Shown here: piece after piece, positions 42,428-54,285 of the stretch | Position numbering within the stretch: the stretch's first letter is position 1 | Layout of the letters: each line of letters opens with the position of its first letter | Made by a program: the position numbers and the translations under genes | Notes under the pieces: model-generated | What the model saw: only the letters and a program-made list of their open reading frames with translations | Told to the model about the DNA's origin: nothing | The model's database searches: none | Origin: Eledone cirrhosa | Taxonomy: Eukaryota | Length of the DNA stretch: 64,000 nucleotides | Assembly (NCBI GenBank): GCA_964016885.1 | Contig: OZ024740.1 | Coordinates: 66,774,001 to 66,838,000 of the forward strand | Direction: 5' to 3'

Positions 42428-43189
42428 GATTTGTACGTTTGTATCTATCATTACAAAATCTGAATTCTAATCATTATCAGTTGCATGTGTTTTCTTACCT
42501 CTTATTTGTTTCATTAATGGCTGCTGATAAAGTAAATTGTACTCCATTATGATAAGATTCAAATATATATATTATTTATTTTCCTTTCAGAGATTTTACG
42601 TAATGTTTGTAATAATGCCAATAGAATTTCTCTAGTATTGATTGAAGTAAATTTATTATTTTACAGACAGAAAAGTCGGTAGCAGTAACGAATACGAATG
42701 CTGAATATATATTTAAATTACTTTTGGGCATATAATACTGAATTTAAATTAGGGTTTTAATTCGTTTGATTGTGAAATTCTGATCGTAATTCTTTTAATA
42801 GTTTTTTTTTTTTCTAATTGGCCTCTAATTTAAATTCAATACAGTCTTGATTTCCCGCCGCAATGCGGTCATGTTTATAACGTCTCATTGAAAATGATGT
42901 TATGTTCATCGCCTAACCAAGGTTATTACATAAGCAATCATCTACAGAGAAGTTCAACATGCTAAAAATAAGAGATTAATTTTACTCAAACCTACCTTTG
43001 TATAAGGATTAAATGGTACATTTGGGAATACACCATAGTTGACTCTAAGCGCCTAATTGCACAAATGTTTTTCCTATCTGTCTGGTCTGCGCAATCAGGA
43101 ACACACTGGGGGTAAACAATGAATCATTAAGCGCTGCAAACATCATCAACAAAAACGTGGTGAACTCCTTTCAATTAGGATATGTATTT

Positions 43190-43775
43190 ATGTATATATA
43201 TGCTTGTGAAACCTGGAATCTATACAGTAAACATAATACACAGCTCAATCATTTCCATGTGAGCACCATCCGCAGACTATTTTAATGTGAGGTGGCTGAA
43301 GATACGAGAAGAGATTGTCCCTGTAGTCTTCAAAACCTTTCAGAGGAGTCCCAGTTAGATGGACATATTATGTTATCAGGTCGACTTCCAGAAGACTACT
43401 GAAACAGCAACAGTATGGATATCTAAGCCAGGCAAGAGCTCAGAACAGAAGAAACATTTCAAAACCAATATTAACACGTTCCTCAAAATCCTCAACTTCA
43501 ATCCCAGTAACTGTAAATCACATGCCATGGGCCACCAAAACTGACGAAGCAAAGTCTCTGAGGGGGCGTGTATAGTAGAAAACAAACGAATTGCAGGGGC
43601 TCAAAAAAGACTCTAGTAAGGAGCCACCTCCACATCCAATGCAAGTCTTCACTGACACCGGCGTGGTTTCCGGTCTCGTATTGGCCTCATCAGCCAGGTC
43701 TAGTCCCACTACCATAAATCCTCCACTTACAATCGAAGAAGTAGGCATCTTCGATCCAGAAAAGGAATAACATAT
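43190..43775 (+). mobile_element. RTE-clade LINE 3' fragment, decayed
   Basis: YACETWNLYSKHNTQLNHFH..IRRL, QKKHFK.., FRSRIGLIS (C-terminal Zn-finger remnant). Confidence 0.75.
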
Positions 43776-44160
43776 ACATATATATATATATATACAAACA
43801 TAGATATATACATATCAATATATATATGTGTGTGTGTGTGAGTGTGTATGTGTGCGTGCGTGTGTGTGTGTGAAAAAAGTTCAGTAAAGCCGAAGAAAAC
43901 ACTGGTGAGATAACCAAAGTCAGCACTCGATACCGAGCAGAGTGTATACATTGAATTGTATGCATCGAAAGACCCATCTGTTCGCCAATTTCACAGGTAG
44001 GCGCGCCGCGATGGGCGGCTATTTTCCTTGGTGAGGTAACAAACGTGTCCTGCCACGGTAGCCCCATTACTCGTCTCAGATCAGGAGCCACCAGCATGAG
44101 ATAACTTTCTGACCAGGATTGAGCAATACATCTCTTATGTAACAACTCCACGTTGTGCTT

Positions 44161-44214
<54 letters not shown>

Positions 44215-44218
<4 letters not shown>

Positions 44219-44705
44219 TATGTATACGTACATACATATATGTATACAGACGTACAGTAGTATGTATATACATACATACATGCACACATATATATATATA
44301 CGTACGTATGGGATTACCGAACATTTATTATAATGTTCGGTTTATTTGTAGACAAACAGCCCGAATTAAGCCGTACAGTGTTCGGCAACCATCGTTGCCC
44401 TTTTGTTCAATACTGACAAAGAAACGATGAATTAGTTTCTAGCATATTAGCTCTCATCAGCACCGTATACCTTCCTGTCAGCCGATTGAACGTTTGAAAG
44501 TATATACTTTCCTTATGCATATTAACGGCTGAGCAGCCTAATTTGCATATCGAGTGAGTTAGTCGGTCGGGCGTACCGAAAACGATAAATGGATAAAATG
44601 AAATTTCATTTCTCACTCTTAGTACGGCTGATACTTAAATATAAGTATGTTTAAGTACATAAATATATGTATACAGAAGTACAGTAGTATGTATATGTAT
44701 ACATA
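44215..44705 (-). mobile_element. R429 HHR repeat, ~1.15 tandem units
   Basis: AAGTATGT..CAGTAGTATG at 44217 and 44643 (period 426); HHR at 44425-44465 CGGTG-CTGATGA..GAAA-CTAA-TT-CATCG. Confidence 0.82.
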
Positions 44706-44709
44706 CATA

Positions 44710-47348
44710 TAAGATCCAAGAAGGTAAGAAAGCTAAAGAGAAAATATGGACTGTCTTCTAGAGAAGCAATAGTTTTAACAAAAGAATCTCTGAACAAAAG
44801 ATCCAAGTAAAAGCCCAACGAATTCGTAGATTCGAGAAGCGAAACAACTTCTGCAGGCAAAATAAGTTGTTCTCATCCAATGCCAAGTCATTTTATAGAA
44901 GAAGTTGAAAACATCTGGAGTACGATTTGGAGTCATGAGAAGCCATATAATACTAATGTAGATTGGATTAGTCGCCTGGAAAAAACCTACATAAATTTAG
45001 AAGAACAAATTTCCGGCTTTCCTTACTCCCGTGCACTCACAATATATTGGTCAAGCTGTTTAATGGTATTATGAAAGATCCAAAAAATACACCTGATTGG
45101 ATAGCAAGTGGCATTACCTACCTTCTACCAAAGAACAACGAAACCAAAGATCCAGAAAACTATCGGCCCATAACATGCTTGTCCACCACTTATAAACTAT
45201 TAACCTCTATTCTCATGGAAAAAGCATATGTGTTTTTTGAGGAGAAAAATATTTTCCCCATTGAACAAAAAGGGTGCCGACGAGGTTCATATGGTTGCAA
45301 AGACCAACTTTTGGTTAATCTTATGAACCTTGAGAACTGTCATAATAAAACAGACATATCAGTTCTGCATAGATCGATTATAAAAAAGCCATTGACAGTA
45401 TACGACACTCATGGATTCTGCGATCACTGGACATCTTCAAAATTATTATTATATTATTAAAATCTCACCTGTGATCTCAAACTTCCTGAAACACAATATG
45501 TCGTTATGGAACACAAATATCCAATTGTCTCATTCCACTGGGATACTGTGCTCTAGGAATATAAACATCAACTGTGGTATATTCCAGGGTGACTCACTTT
45601 CACCCTTGCATTTCTGCATAGCTTTAATACCCCTTACATCCGAACTTAATAGAACAGGGTACGGTTATAGAATTGTCAACAGAAAAATAAGCCACCTATT
45701 GTATATGGATGATTTGAAGCTATATTGCAAAGATAATGACGACGAACTGGAAGGCCTGTTGCGGACAGTAAACACGTTTAGCGATGACATCAGGATAGAG
45801 TTTGGACTTGACAAGTGTGCAAAAGCCCCTTTCAAGAAGCAGAAGCTTGTCAACTCAGACTCAGTTGAATTGGATGCTGAAACAATCATAAAGGAACTTG
45901 AGCAGGAATAAACCTATAAATACTTAGGGATTAATGAGGGCTCTGGCATAAAGCATGCAAGTATGAAAGAGAGGATAAGGAAAGAATGTTACAGGAGAGT
46001 ATGTGCAGTTCTGAGATCAGAACTAAACGCTCGTAAAAAGGTGTTAGCCATAAATTCCTTGTCAGTCCCAGTTGTCACTTATATCTTCAGTGTGTTTAAC
46101 TGGAATATAAATGAAATCAAAAGAATCGACATCAGGCCGTGGCCTGGTCCAATTTAAACTTGCTTACAAGACCACCATCATTGGACTGGCCAAATACCTT
46201 GATACAACTAACGACTGTATGCTGAAACTTGTTGAAAAGCATGAGAGAAGTAAGAAGCTTCATTCTATCTTGAAGGAGAGCAAAACATATGCTACTGATC
46301 ACATGCGTGATACCCAGGTTGGACGGACTAAAGAAACTGATGCAACCGATGCTGCTAGGCACGTAAAACCACTGGCAAAAGCAAGAGGGCAAGGACAATT
46401 AGCATCAGATTGGGAGCAGGAACCTCTGCATGGCAAGTATGTGACCCGTAACAAACAAGTTGATGTTGACCAAAAGCACACCCGTCAGTGGCTATGTAGT
46501 TCAGGAATAAAGGCGTAGTGTGAAGGCTACATCTTAGCTGCCCAAGATCAAAGCTTATTGACTCGTAATTACCAGGCCAATGTGATGAAAATCGGAATAA
46601 ACCCAAAGTGCCGATTCTGCAATGCTGGGATTGAAACAGTGGATTACTTAGTCTCTGGATATAAAGTTTTTGCACCAGTAGAATACAAATATAGACATGA
46701 CAGAGTTGGCCAATAACTACACTGGGTAATATATCGGCATTACAAAATCAAAGCTGAAGACAAGTGGTACAATCATCACACTGAGGCTTTAACTGAAGGA
46801 GAAAAAGTAACAATTCTCTGGGACTTTCCTTTACATACTGACAGCACCATAATATCAAATAGACCTTACATCATTGTAAAAGATCAACATAACAAGGTCT
46901 GTTTATTGATAGATATGAGCATCCCATGTGATCACAATATCGCAACAAAAGAATTTGACAAGCTACGAAAATATAAAGATCTGCTTATTGAAATTGGGAA
47001 AATGTGGCACCTCAAGGCCGTTACAATACCACTGATTGTGGGAGGACTGGGAATGATCAAGAAAGGAACTGAACAATATTTGCGAATGACTCCTGGTTTA
47101 CCCTCTCTGCACGAGGTGCCAAAAAATTGTTTTGACTGGTACTGCACACGTATTGAGAAGAGCACTATCTCTGTAAGATTGATATCCCTCCTTGTCTTCA
47201 CATATGCATAAGTGTATATATGTATACTGTTTTTTTTAAATTATAATCAATGTGCTGTATTAACTGACACGCTGGGAATTTATTTTCCCTAGGTGTCGGG
47301 AAGACATCGGCATATATCTCAGAAACAATATTGAAAGGGAATAAAAAC
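44710..47348 (+). mobile_element. R4/Dong-like non-LTR retrotransposon, older family, multiple frameshifts and stops
   Basis: YRPITCLST, EQKGCRRGSYGCKDQLL, IFQGDSLSPL, LLYMDDLKLY, CRFC, RHD, REL endonuclease end; followed by (AAT)n 47349-47398. Confidence 0.93.
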
Positions 47349-47398
<50 letters not shown>

Positions 47399-47399
<1 letters not shown>

Positions 47400-50300
47400 C
47401 AGTTCGAATAACGGTGAAATGGAGACTAGAACGTCATGTGACAGACTCTCACACAACAGGTGCCCCCTGGCTCAGCAGCAGGAACCTGACTGTCAACCAA
47501 ATACTGCTGATGTTGGAGGAAGAAGAAGAAGGAAAGGGGCCAGAACCAACTGGACTAAAGAATTGAATAGAACTGTTATGCAATGTTACCTGAAAAGTAA
47601 CCCCAAGGAGAGGGGCTACAGGAGACGGATGCATAACATCTGGAACGAGATTGGTCTATTTAAATTAGATGAACAAAAATTGGCCGGGCAGGCTCGGGTA
47701 ATAAGAACTAATGGGTGGATAAGCGAGCTGGAACTGGAGGAACTGAGCAGAGAGAATAGCTTGGAGATGGCGGGTGTAGTATGCCAGACAAGCGAGCCAG
47801 TGGGAAATGAAGGTGAAGAGGTCCTGAGAACGGAGGAACCACCCGAAGCAGACAATGATCTGAATACTGAGATAAATAATACCTGGAACAGAGATACGGC
47901 CACTGAGAAGATGAATGCTGATGGGCTAGGACAAGATTCGGTTGACATCCTAAATTTAGTGGTAGATGAATTGAACAATGATAGTGGGAGACCTATGAAC
48001 CTAAGATTTGTAGACAGGAAAAAGTTAAAAGAAACAACAGCTAAGGTAAACAAAGTCATCCCATACCTTGAGGCGAGGAGCCTTCACCAGTGCAACAATA
48101 TCCTCAAGGCAACAGCAAATACGGTGAGGAAACTACTTGGTATAAAAGCGAGAGGAAACAACAGACAAGAAAGAGCAGAGCCTTGGTGGAAGAAACGACT
48201 GAGTGGTCAAATCGGGGAAATGAGAAATGACATAGGAAAGCTTGAGTCACTACTGAATGGGACACTAAAAAACATAGGCACTAAAAATAGACTGGAAATA
48301 AAGTACAAAACTAGGAGGAAAAAGCTAAATATTATCATAGAGGAACTGAAGCAACGCATTGTAGCAAAGAGTGCAAAAATCAGGCGTTACGAGAACAGAG
48401 TCAGTCAGTATGAACAGAACCGCATGTTCGACAACAACCAGAAGATGCTGTTTGGACAGCTTGAGGGGAAAGAAAGAGGCAACGACTTGATCCCTGGGGC
48501 GGAGCAAACTAAAACATTCTGGAGAGGAATATGGGAGCAGGATGTTAGACATAATGTCCAGGCAGGATGGATTGAGACAGTACAGAGGGAGATCGGTGAG
48601 CAGGCACACCAACAAACTGATTTGAGTATCACAGTTGAAACTCTTAAGGGGCAGGCCAAAAAACTAACCAACTGGAAATCACCAGGCCCAGATGGTGTGC
48701 AGGGGTATTGGATTAAAAATTTAACATCCCTCCACCCGAAGCTGACGGCCATGTTCAATAACTGCTTGGTGTCGGGTGAGGTGCCAGAGTGGTTGACAAA
48801 AGGTACCACAGTTCTGATAATGAAAGACCGAATCAAGGGTAATGATGTTACCAACTATAGACCTATCACATGTCTGTCCGTAATGTGGAAACTGTTGACG
48901 AGCATTGTGTCTGAGGAAATCTACCATCACCTCCACACAACCAATTTGTTACCGGACGAACAGAAAGGATGCCGAAAGAAGTCACGTGGTACAAAGGACC
49001 AGTTACTTATTGATAAGATGGTAATGGGGAATTGCTGGAGGAGACACACTGATCTTGCCATGGGATGGATAAACTACAGAAAGGCATTTGACATGGTGCC
49101 TCATTCTTGGATCACCAAAAGCCTGGAGATCTTCAGGGTGGCAGATAACATCAGACAGTTGCTGGGCAGGAGTATGGGGTCCTGGGAGACAGAGTTGACA
49201 TCAACTGGAGTATCCTTGGGAAGCGTGAAGATCAAGAGAGGTATCTTCCAGGGAGATAGCCTGTCCCCTTTGTTGTTTGTCCTTGCCCTGATGCCCTTGA
49301 CCATTATGCTGCGAAAAGTGAGAGCAGGATACAAGTTGGGAAAGGGAGAGCTTACCATCAGTCACCTCGTCTTCATGGACGATCTTAAGCTCTTCGGGAA
49401 AAGTGAGAAGGAGTTGGATGTGCTTGTTGACACTGTCCGTATTTTAAGCAGTGATATATGTATGCAGTTTGGTATTAGTAAATGTGGAGTCATTGTGATG
49501 AAGAGGGGTAGGTTGAGCAGAAGTAACGGGATCCAGATACCAACAGGTGAGATGATAAAGGAAATTGACTCTGAGGAAGGATACAAGTATTTGGGCGTTC
49601 TGGGGGCTGATGGCATAAAGAACAAAAAAATGAAGGAATTGTTAAGAACTGAATACATTCGGAGAGTAAGGAGCGTATTGAAGTCACATCTGAACAGCAG
49701 AAATGCCATAAGCGCAGTAAATTCCCGAGCTGTGTCTATTATTAGGTACAGTGCGGGAATTCTGAGATGGAATGTTGCTGAACAAAAAGAAATGGATAGG
49801 AAGACTAGGAAGCTATTGACTATCTACAACATGTTCCACAAGAGGAGTGATGTCGATAGACTCTACCTAAGGAGATCTGAGGGTGGAAGAGGTCTTATCA
49901 GCATAGAGGACTGTGTTCAGATGGAGAAAAACAACCTATACAAATACGTGACCTATAGTAAGGAGCCAATGCTCAGAACTGTACTGAAGGAGGGGACAGT
50001 AGGCCAGGGGATGTCCAAGGAGGAAATAACATCAAGGAGGAAGAGCAGCCTTAAGGGAAAATCCCTTCATAGTACCTTCTTTGAGAAAACTGAATTTAGA
50101 GATCCACAGACATGGAACTGGTTGAGAAGAGGAGACCTCAAAAAGGCTACAGAAGGAATGCTAATGGCTGCGCAGGAGCAGGCCCTCAAAACGAAGTGGT
50201 TGAAGCACCATATTTACAAGGAGGAGGCTAGCCCACTGTGCAGGATCTGTGGAGAGAGAGAAGAGACTGTGGCTCACATTGTGTCCGAGTGTAAACACCA

Positions 50301-50886
50301 AGCCCAGACCCACTATAAGGGCTGGAGACACGATGTGATGGGCAGGGTGATCCACTGGCACCTATGCAAAGTAAACAATTTACCACACTCTGAGAAATGG
50401 TATGAGCATAGGCCAGAGGCGGTGATGGAGAACAATCAGGTGAAGGTGCTGTGAGATTTTAGGATACAGACGGACAAAAAACTGGAACACAATAGACCTG
50501 ACCTGGTGGTTGTGGACAAAGAAAAAAGAGCGTGTCTGATTGTGGATGTGGCCTGCCCTTTCGACACGAGAGTGCAAGAGAAGGAGAGGGAGAAAATTAA
50601 CCGATACCAGGACCTAAAGTGGGAGGTGAAAAGGATTTGGAACTGCCATGAAGTCAAAGTGATCCCGATTGTCATAGGCTCACTGGGGACTATCTCCAAA
50701 AGTTTCCAGGGATGGTTAAAGAAAATCGGCCCCGTCACGCTTTTTGGAACGCTTCAAAAGGCATGCTTGCTTGGAACAGCAAGAACCCTCCGATTCGTCC
50801 TGAATATCTGAGGCTGCAGGTAGTGGCTTGATATTCATTCCAACGGACTTTCCAGTTAACCAACATCAATGACTGAGATTCAAGGA
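47399..50886 (+). mobile_element. Near full-length R4/Dong-like retrotransposon between (AAT)n tracts
   Basis: Single long ORF plus ~75-bp 3'UTR; (AAT)n at 47349-47398 and 50887-50923. Confidence 0.95.
47419..50811 (+). pseudogene. Dong/R4 polyprotein (Myb-like N-terminus, RT, CCHC, REL endonuclease) with one premature TGA at 50452
   Basis: 1011-aa ORF continues in the same frame to 50811; QGDSLSPLLF, FMDD, CRICGEREETVAHIVSEC, RHD, RPDL..D..EK..Y. Confidence 0.95.
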
Positions 50887-50894
50887 ATAACAAC

Positions 50895-50924
<30 letters not shown>

Positions 50925-50927
<3 letters not shown>

Positions 50928-51235
50928 AGTGAAAGAAAAAGAGAGGGAGAAAATTAACCGATACCAGGATTTAAAGTGGGAGTTAAAAAGGATTTGGAAC
51001 TGCCAAGAAATCAAGGTCGTCCCGATTGTCATAGGCGCACTAGGTACTATCTCAAAGAGTTTCCAAAGATGATTAAAGAAGCCCCGCTTTGTGTAACACT
51101 TCAAATTGCATGCTTGCTGGGAACAGCAAGAACCCTCCGATACGTCCTGAATATCTGAGGCTGCATGTAGCGGCTTAATATTCATTTCAACAAACTTTCT
51201 AGTTAAATAACATCAATGAGTGAGACTGAAAGAAC
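50925..51235 (+). mobile_element. Severely 5'-truncated Dong copy (related subfamily)
   Basis: Repeats 50568-50886 with substitutions; followed by (AAT)n 51236-51253. Confidence 0.92.
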
Positions 51236-51253
51236 AATAATAATAATAATAAT

Positions 51254-51420
51254 TGTTTCTACTTTTGGCATATGCCAGCAATTATCCAGTGCATTACTGG
51301 TACTTTATTTTATCGGCCCCGGAAAGGTGAAGGGCAAAGTTAACCTCGGCGGAATTTGAACTGAGAATGGCAAGGGCAATATCTCAATGTGTCAAAGCAT
51401 GGTGTCCGACTCTCTACCGA
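51254..51420 (-). mobile_element. tRNA-derived SINE whose (ATT)n tail abuts the Dong stack
   Basis: Reverse complement of the SINE at 34866 and 39795 (GTTCAAATTCC B box, GTAGAAACAATTATT tail). Confidence 0.78.
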
Positions 51421-51612
51421 AAAAGACGATTTGTTATGTATTCATTACCTTTGTTGAGTAGTGATGCGTGATTCGCCATTCATCAACTCCAGGTTCAAAA
51501 TGTATCGATCTAGCCCGACTCTGGAATCAAAAGCTCGTCGGATCTCTGCTGTCGTAATGACAGATTGAACTTGAACGGCTTATAAAAGTATATAATGATT
51601 CACATTTATTTA

Positions 51613-52007
51613 TACGACTGTAATCCCAAAAGTAATCTCCAGAGCGATGGGGACGCAGAGAAACTGTTCGTACGGTTGTTTTCAACACTGTCGTGCTTGG
51701 TGCTTCCTTCACTCCCAACCAAGCATGCGCGCGCTTGACTGGGATGCTCAATCTTGGCTTGGCAGCCGTTGAGAATGGAGCTCCCGTTGAACGCTACCGC
51801 TAAGTGCGAATTTCGCGCAGTTATTTTATAGAGGGCAATCCAAAAAGTAAGGTCTCCTTCCGAGAAAAACATGCGTAAAGATCAGCGGATCACTCTGGAT
51901 GCTCTCTGCATTTTGGTTCCTGAGGTTTCTCGAAGCACCATCCACAGGATTTCAACGGAAAAGTTGCAATATCGGAAGGAGACCTTACTTTTGGGATTGC
52001 CCTCGTA
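51613..52007 (+). mobile_element. Internally deleted mariner-like transposon
   Basis: TIRs TA-CGA(CTGT/GGGC)AATCCCAAAAGTAA at both ends and an extra TIR at 51829; MELPLNATAKCEFRAVI and DQRITLDAL..VSRSTIHRISTEKLQYRK (mariner HTH). Confidence 0.8.
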
Positions 52008-52072
52008 TATATATATACTTACATACATACATACACACATACATATATAAATACTTACAACAGTGACATAAA

Positions 52073-52107
52073 CAGCTACTCAAGTTTCGTTGGGTTCTGG
52101 GCCCCAA

Positions 52108-52112
<5 letters not shown>
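52073..52112 (-). ncRNA. HHR truncated in its core by (TA)n
   Basis: ..ATGA-ATTGGG..CCCAAC-GAAA-CTTGAG-TA-GCTG; 5' stem I and CTG missing. Confidence 0.45.
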
Positions 52113-52162
<50 letters not shown>

Positions 52163-52953
52163 ATAGTAATAATAATAAATTTGAAGACTAAAATCCAAAG
52201 ACGGCTCGATAAGGATAAATATATATCAAATATATAAGAACCGTAGACCAAATATTTATTAAAATAACAGATTAATGTTTAAGCAAAGAATCGCTGCTCT
52301 TACTCTTAACGGGATATTCTGAAACTAAACAAAATCAGTCTCTGAACGCAGAAGTAAATATTTCAAAAACCTTGCAAACGAAGGAAGACAGGAAGACGAT
52401 ACTTTGGTTCGTGGAAACGTTCCCTGGCAAATAACGGGAAAAAGCGAACATAATACGTCATTATTTGGAACGGTGAAAACAATTACACGCAAAGACAAAA
52501 CCACGTTTATGGTATAAATGAAGTTGTAAAATAATATTCTATTAGGTGGTTCGTGGTGATGTTTTCTGAAAAAGAAAATATATATATATATAAAAGTTTA
52601 CATATATATATACATATACGTGTTTTGCAACTGGTCACATTGTGGGTCAATGAAAATTTAATAAATTAAATAATCAGAGCTATATATCATAAAACATGTC
52701 TATAAAATCACGATAAAATATATACCATTTCCTTTCCCAATTAGCATAATTAACTATATAAAAAATCAAATAGACCAGGCTATAAGAATGAGGCTTCTAT
52801 GAAGAAATCTCCATCAAATAACCGAAACTAGCCCTTCGCGTCGGCCGCAACGGAATATTTATCGAATATTTCGACAGCGTAATCGCCCAGATACAGTCAA
52901 TTAAACAGAATTAGGAGTAAAATAAACTAGCAGAAAATAAAGTACATTTAAAT

Positions 52954-53040
52954 ACTTCTAGCATGGTTTCGTCCGCATTTTGAGATTTCCAATAATTATG
53001 TAATAATTATGTCATTCGAGCACCGGATTCATCAGGAAGT
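52954..53040 (-). ncRNA. Type-I HHR with long stem II
   Basis: ACTTC-CTGATGA-ATCCG...CGGAC-GAAA-CCATGC-TA-GAAGT. Confidence 0.7.
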
Positions 53041-54004
53041 TTGCTCTGATCGATCTAGATACTAACATTTTCCAAAGTGATCGCGCCAAGAATTCATTCA
53101 AAATGGCTATGAATCGTGACGTAGTCGCGGGGTCAGATTGGAAGGGGTGTGGTAGTTGCTTACGGCTGGTGGCTTTTTTGCTAGAAAGCACAGCACAATA
53201 CACCCAAATTTGTATCTCAAGCTAATGGGAGATTATTACATATAAAAGTTTACATATATATATACATATATTTACATATAGGTGTTTTGCAATGGGTCAC
53301 ATTGTGGCTCAATGAAAATTTAATAAATTAAATAATCATAAAAAATGTCTATAAAATCACAAGATAAAATATATACCATTTCCTCTCCGAATTAGCATAA
53401 TTAACTATATAAAAAATCGAATAGACCAGGCTATAAGAATGAGGCTTCTATGAAGAAATCTCCAACAAATAACCGAAACTAGCCCTTCGCCTCGGCCGCA
53501 ACGGAATATTTATCGAATATTTCGACAGCGTAATCGCCCTGATACAGTCAATTAAACAGAATTAGGTGTAAAATAAATTAGGAGAAAATAGAATACATTT
53601 AAATACCTCTACCATGGTTTCGTCAGTATTTTGAGATTTCCAATAATTCTGTAATAATTATGTAATAATTATCTTGTGATTTTATAGACATGTTTTATGA
53701 TATATAGCTCTGATTATTTAATTTATTAAATTTTCATTGAGCCACAATGTGACCCGTTGCAAAACACGTATATGTATATATATGTATATATATATATGTA
53801 AACTTTTATATGTAATAATCTCCCATTAGGTTGAGATACAAATTTGGCTGTATTGTGCTGTGCTTTCTAGCAAAAAAGCAACCAGCCGTAAGCAACTACC
53901 ACACCCCTTCCAACCTGACCGCGACTACGTCACGATTCATAGCCATTTTAAATGAATTATTGGCGCGATCACTTTGGAAAATTTTAGTGTCTAGATCAGA
54001 GCAA

Positions 54005-54091
54005 ACTTCCTGATGAATCCGGTGCTCGAGTAACATAATTATTACATAATTATTGGAGATCTCAAAATGCGGACGAAAGCAGGGTAGAGGT
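54005..54091 (+). ncRNA. Type-I HHR with long stem II (stem III mutated)
   Basis: ACTTC-CTGATGA-ATCCG...CGGAC-GAAA-GCAGGG-TA-GAGGT. Confidence 0.6.
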
Positions 54092-54213
54092 ATTTAAATG
54101 TATTCTATTTTCTCCTAGTTTATTTTACACCTAATTCTGTTTAATTGACTGTATCTGGGCGATTACGCTGTCGAAATATTCGATAAATATTCCGTTGCGG
54201 CCGACGCGAAGGG

Positions 54214-54282
<69 letters not shown>

Positions 54283-54285
<3 letters not shown>

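Larger units (their letters stand above)
52590..54213. mobile_element. R660 HHR repeat: ~1.6 units minus (52590-53672) joined to inverted ~0.8 unit (53672-54213)
   Basis: TGTTTTGCAA at 52621 and 53283 (period 662); HHRs at 52954-53040 (-) and 54005-54091 (+). Confidence 0.87.

Noticed and set aside
43870-44160. Possible Tc1 helix-turn-helix remnant (EIGEQMGLSMHTIQCI)
   Set aside because: Similarity too weak and no TIRs found
50452-50454. Programmed readthrough or Sec at the in-frame TGA of Dong
   Set aside because: The sister copy has TGG (Trp) at this site, so it is a simple nonsense mutation
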